This document shows positions 63,339 to 64,000 of a stretch of 64,000 bases of DNA, in pieces. The stretch covers positions 17,794,001 through 17,858,000 of the forward strand of contig NC_043000.1 in assembly GCF_006345805.1 (NCBI RefSeq), read 5' to 3'. The notes beneath the pieces were generated by a model, which saw only the letters and a list, made by a program, of their open reading frames with translations, was not told the origin of the DNA and searched no databases. The first letter of the stretch is position 1. Every line of letters begins with the position of its first letter. Origin of the DNA: Octopus sinensis (taxonomy: Eukaryota). Both the position numbers and the translations under genes were made by a program.

Positions 63339-64000
63339 ACACACTTACACACACAGCATATATATATAATCTTTCACTGTATATCATCAGCAAAGACGTA
63401 AACATTGTGAAGGAAAGACTGATGTTGTTAAATGGAGCCCCTTGTAGTATTTGGTCCATTTGAAACTTATAACCAATGGCGCTATTGTTCATAAATTGCC
63501 ATACAAAATGAATGAATGAATATATAAGTAAATAAATAAATGATAAATATAATTGATGAGGTGATGGCTTGTCACAATACATTTTCATTCAGTCGCTCTT
63601 CTAACAAATTCTTGGACAACAGGAATGTTTTTATTATAACATTGTGTTTCTCCAAAACATTTAAATCAAATGGATTATGGCACTTAAACTAAAAGAATGA
63701 TTATAAATACCATAGTTGTTCTCCAAAACACACATTGCTACCATATCACTGCCAGCATTCTAATCGCTTAATACATTGTTTAGTCATATTGTTTGATACA
63801 ATTAAACAATATCCAGCTTTGTATTCAAGTTTGCATTAACCTTTCGTCAACATTTTGATGTCTGTTTACCAAGCTGACAAGGATTTGGATGTGTCCTCTG
63901 CGCTAATCAATTTAATCATTTGTGAGCCTCCGTCATCTTGTGATCTGACCTCACTTCTTCGCCCCATGTCTTCCCTGATCTTCTTCTATGTGTAAAACCC

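Overview
AT-rich, microsatellite-dense eukaryotic DNA. The SINE families and (TA)n/(CA)n/(CAT)n load suggest a coleoid cephalopod, probably Octopus (inference). I cannot support any host protein-coding gene: nearly all ORF-track entries are translations of microsatellites or SINEs. The window is a layered transposon landscape: several modular tRNA-derived SINE families, decayed RTE, CR1 and RLE-type LINE fragments, Tc1/mariner relics (DD37E-spaced, DD37D maT-like, DD34D mariner, pogo/Tigger), hAT, piggyBac and Merlin/MULE-like MITEs with intact TSDs, and a non-autonomous Helitron. The most interesting signal is a set of type I hammerhead-ribozyme folds in Penelope-like remnants, read by eye: one with a fully canonical core (28636-28731), several with variant cores, and one pair in a near-perfect 76-bp hairpin. 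I found no convincing wholly new system. The ribozyme variants, a (TAA)n-embedded 550-bp element and TSD-bounded chimeric SINEs merit follow-up. All family assignments are by motif recognition, without database searches.
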